Assembly (NCBI GenBank): GCA_038744645.1
Contig: JBCDMA010000001.1
Span: 1-42,509 of the forward strand
Length of the DNA: 42,509 nt
Reading direction: 5' to 3'
DNA from: Pseudomonadota bacterium
GTDB taxonomy: Bacteria; Pseudomonadota; Gammaproteobacteria; Enterobacterales; Alteromonadaceae
Shown here: in pieces, positions 41,644 through 42,509 of the stretch
Numbering within the stretch: position 1 is the first letter of the stretch
How the letters are laid out: each line of letters starts with the position of its first letter
The notes under the pieces: model-generated
Seen by the model: only the letters and a program-made list of their open reading frames with translations
Told to the model about the DNA's origin: nothing
Databases searched by the model: none
Program-made: the position numbers and the translations under genes

Positions 41644-42509
41644 TTATGCTGGGCTTATTTGTCTCTTGTTATAGGGTGTCTCGTTGACGGGCAAATGAAT
41701 CGCTGCCGATAACGCACCTACGGCAATGCCCACCCACCAAACAATAATGTAATCGCCGTAATAATCATAGAGCGCACCGCCTAACCACACACCCAAAAAA
41801 CCGCCGAGTTGATGTGAAAAGAAGACGATGCCATATAAGGTACCCATGTATTTCAATCCGTAAATCTGGCCAACAAGGCCGGCAGTCAGCGGCACTGTCG
41901 CGAGCCATAGTGCACCCATGATGGCCGAAAACAGCACCACGGATTCTGGCGTAATGGGATTCATTATAAAGAAGACGGAAATAACAGTGCGCAGCAAGTA
42001 TATAATTGCAAGCAGGTATTTTCGCGAGAAATGATTGCCCAACCACCCTGCCAGTATCGTACCTCCGATATTAAATGCGCCGATTACTGCAATGGCCAAT
42101 GCGCCGAGGCCAGACATACTGGAAACACCTAAGCTTTGTATCAGACTGCTAGGTGAAATAGCGCTGCACATTTCAATGATTAACGCAGGAAAATGCGCGG
42201 TGATAAATGCCAATTGATAACCACATGAAAAGAAGCCAATAAAAAGGAAAATGAACGTGGGATCTTTAATTGCAGTTTTTACCACGTTACCTATGGATTC
42301 ATTATTATGTTGTCGGGATATGTTAGAAGTAGCTGTATCGTGACCATTTCCATCCGGTGCTGTAAGGTCTGGTGCGTTTACAAAAGACACAACGAACAGT
42401 GTTAAAAGAATAAAAACCGCAAATGCGATGAAGGTCATTTGCCAAGAAACTATGGCCAATAATCCAGCTGCAATGGGTGGCCCAATGATCTGCCCTACCG
42501 AACCGGCTG
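41644..42509 (-). CDS. MFS transporter, 5'-truncated by the window edge
   Basis: Frame is open to the edge (AGSVGQIIGPP); GFFSCGYQ..FI..H.P, LWLATVP and HQLGGFLG motifs. Confidence 0.88.
   Translation of the reverse strand, partial: AGSVGQIIGPPIAAGLLAIVSWQMTFIAFAVFILLTLFVVSFVNAPDLTAPDGNGHDTATSNISRQHNNESIGNVVKTAIKDPTFIFLFIGFFSCGYQLAFITAHFPALIIEMCSAISPSSLIQSLGVSSMSGLGALAIAVIGAFNIGGTILAGWLGNHFSRKYLLAIIYLLRTVISVFFIMNPITPESVVLFSAIMGALWLATVPLTAGLVGQIYGLKYMGTLYGIVFFSHQLGGFLGVWLGGALYDYYGDYIIVWWVGIAVGALSAAIHLPVNETPYNKRQISPA

Noticed and set aside
1-42509. CRISPR arrays, IS elements, integrases, tRNA/rRNA genes, matS sites and defence genes
   Set aside because: None recognised by eye. The other short ORFs nested in long genes look like shadows.

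Overview
Chromosomal window from a marine gammaproteobacterium, probably Alteromonadaceae-like (inferred from gene content, not searched). It appears to span the replication terminus. The left ~15.5 kb is a conserved core block: the 3' end of sseA, a LysE exporter, a Bax-like glucosaminidase, rssA, ttcA, uspE, fnr, the cbb3 oxidase genes ccoNOQP-HIS plus a DsbD_2-type gene, and a split-function bacterioferritin pair. A 28-bp dif site lies at 21097-21124, immediately next to a cluster of DnaA boxes, and two KOPS motifs point towards it. The remainder is an accessory patchwork of sensing genes: two chemoreceptors (one with a CZB domain that has lost most zinc ligands), two c-di-GMP proteins, a beta-propeller hybrid kinase, an ECF42-like sigma with YciI, and a BLUF protein. 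The best candidate for an undescribed system is at 26.7-29.4 kb. Zinc-free ribosomal paralogs L31B and L36B are transcribed divergently from promoters overlapped by Fur-type rather than Zur-type boxes. They are linked to a CXCC-less COG0523 GTPase and to a 54-aa Lys/Cys-rich protein carrying an exact FhuF-type CC-x10-C-x2-C motif. Four CDSs were missing from the ORF track and read by hand: the sseA end, ccoQ, ykgO and the 54-aa protein. No tRNA, rRNA, CRISPR array, integrase or IS was recognised. All family calls come from motif recognition by eye.
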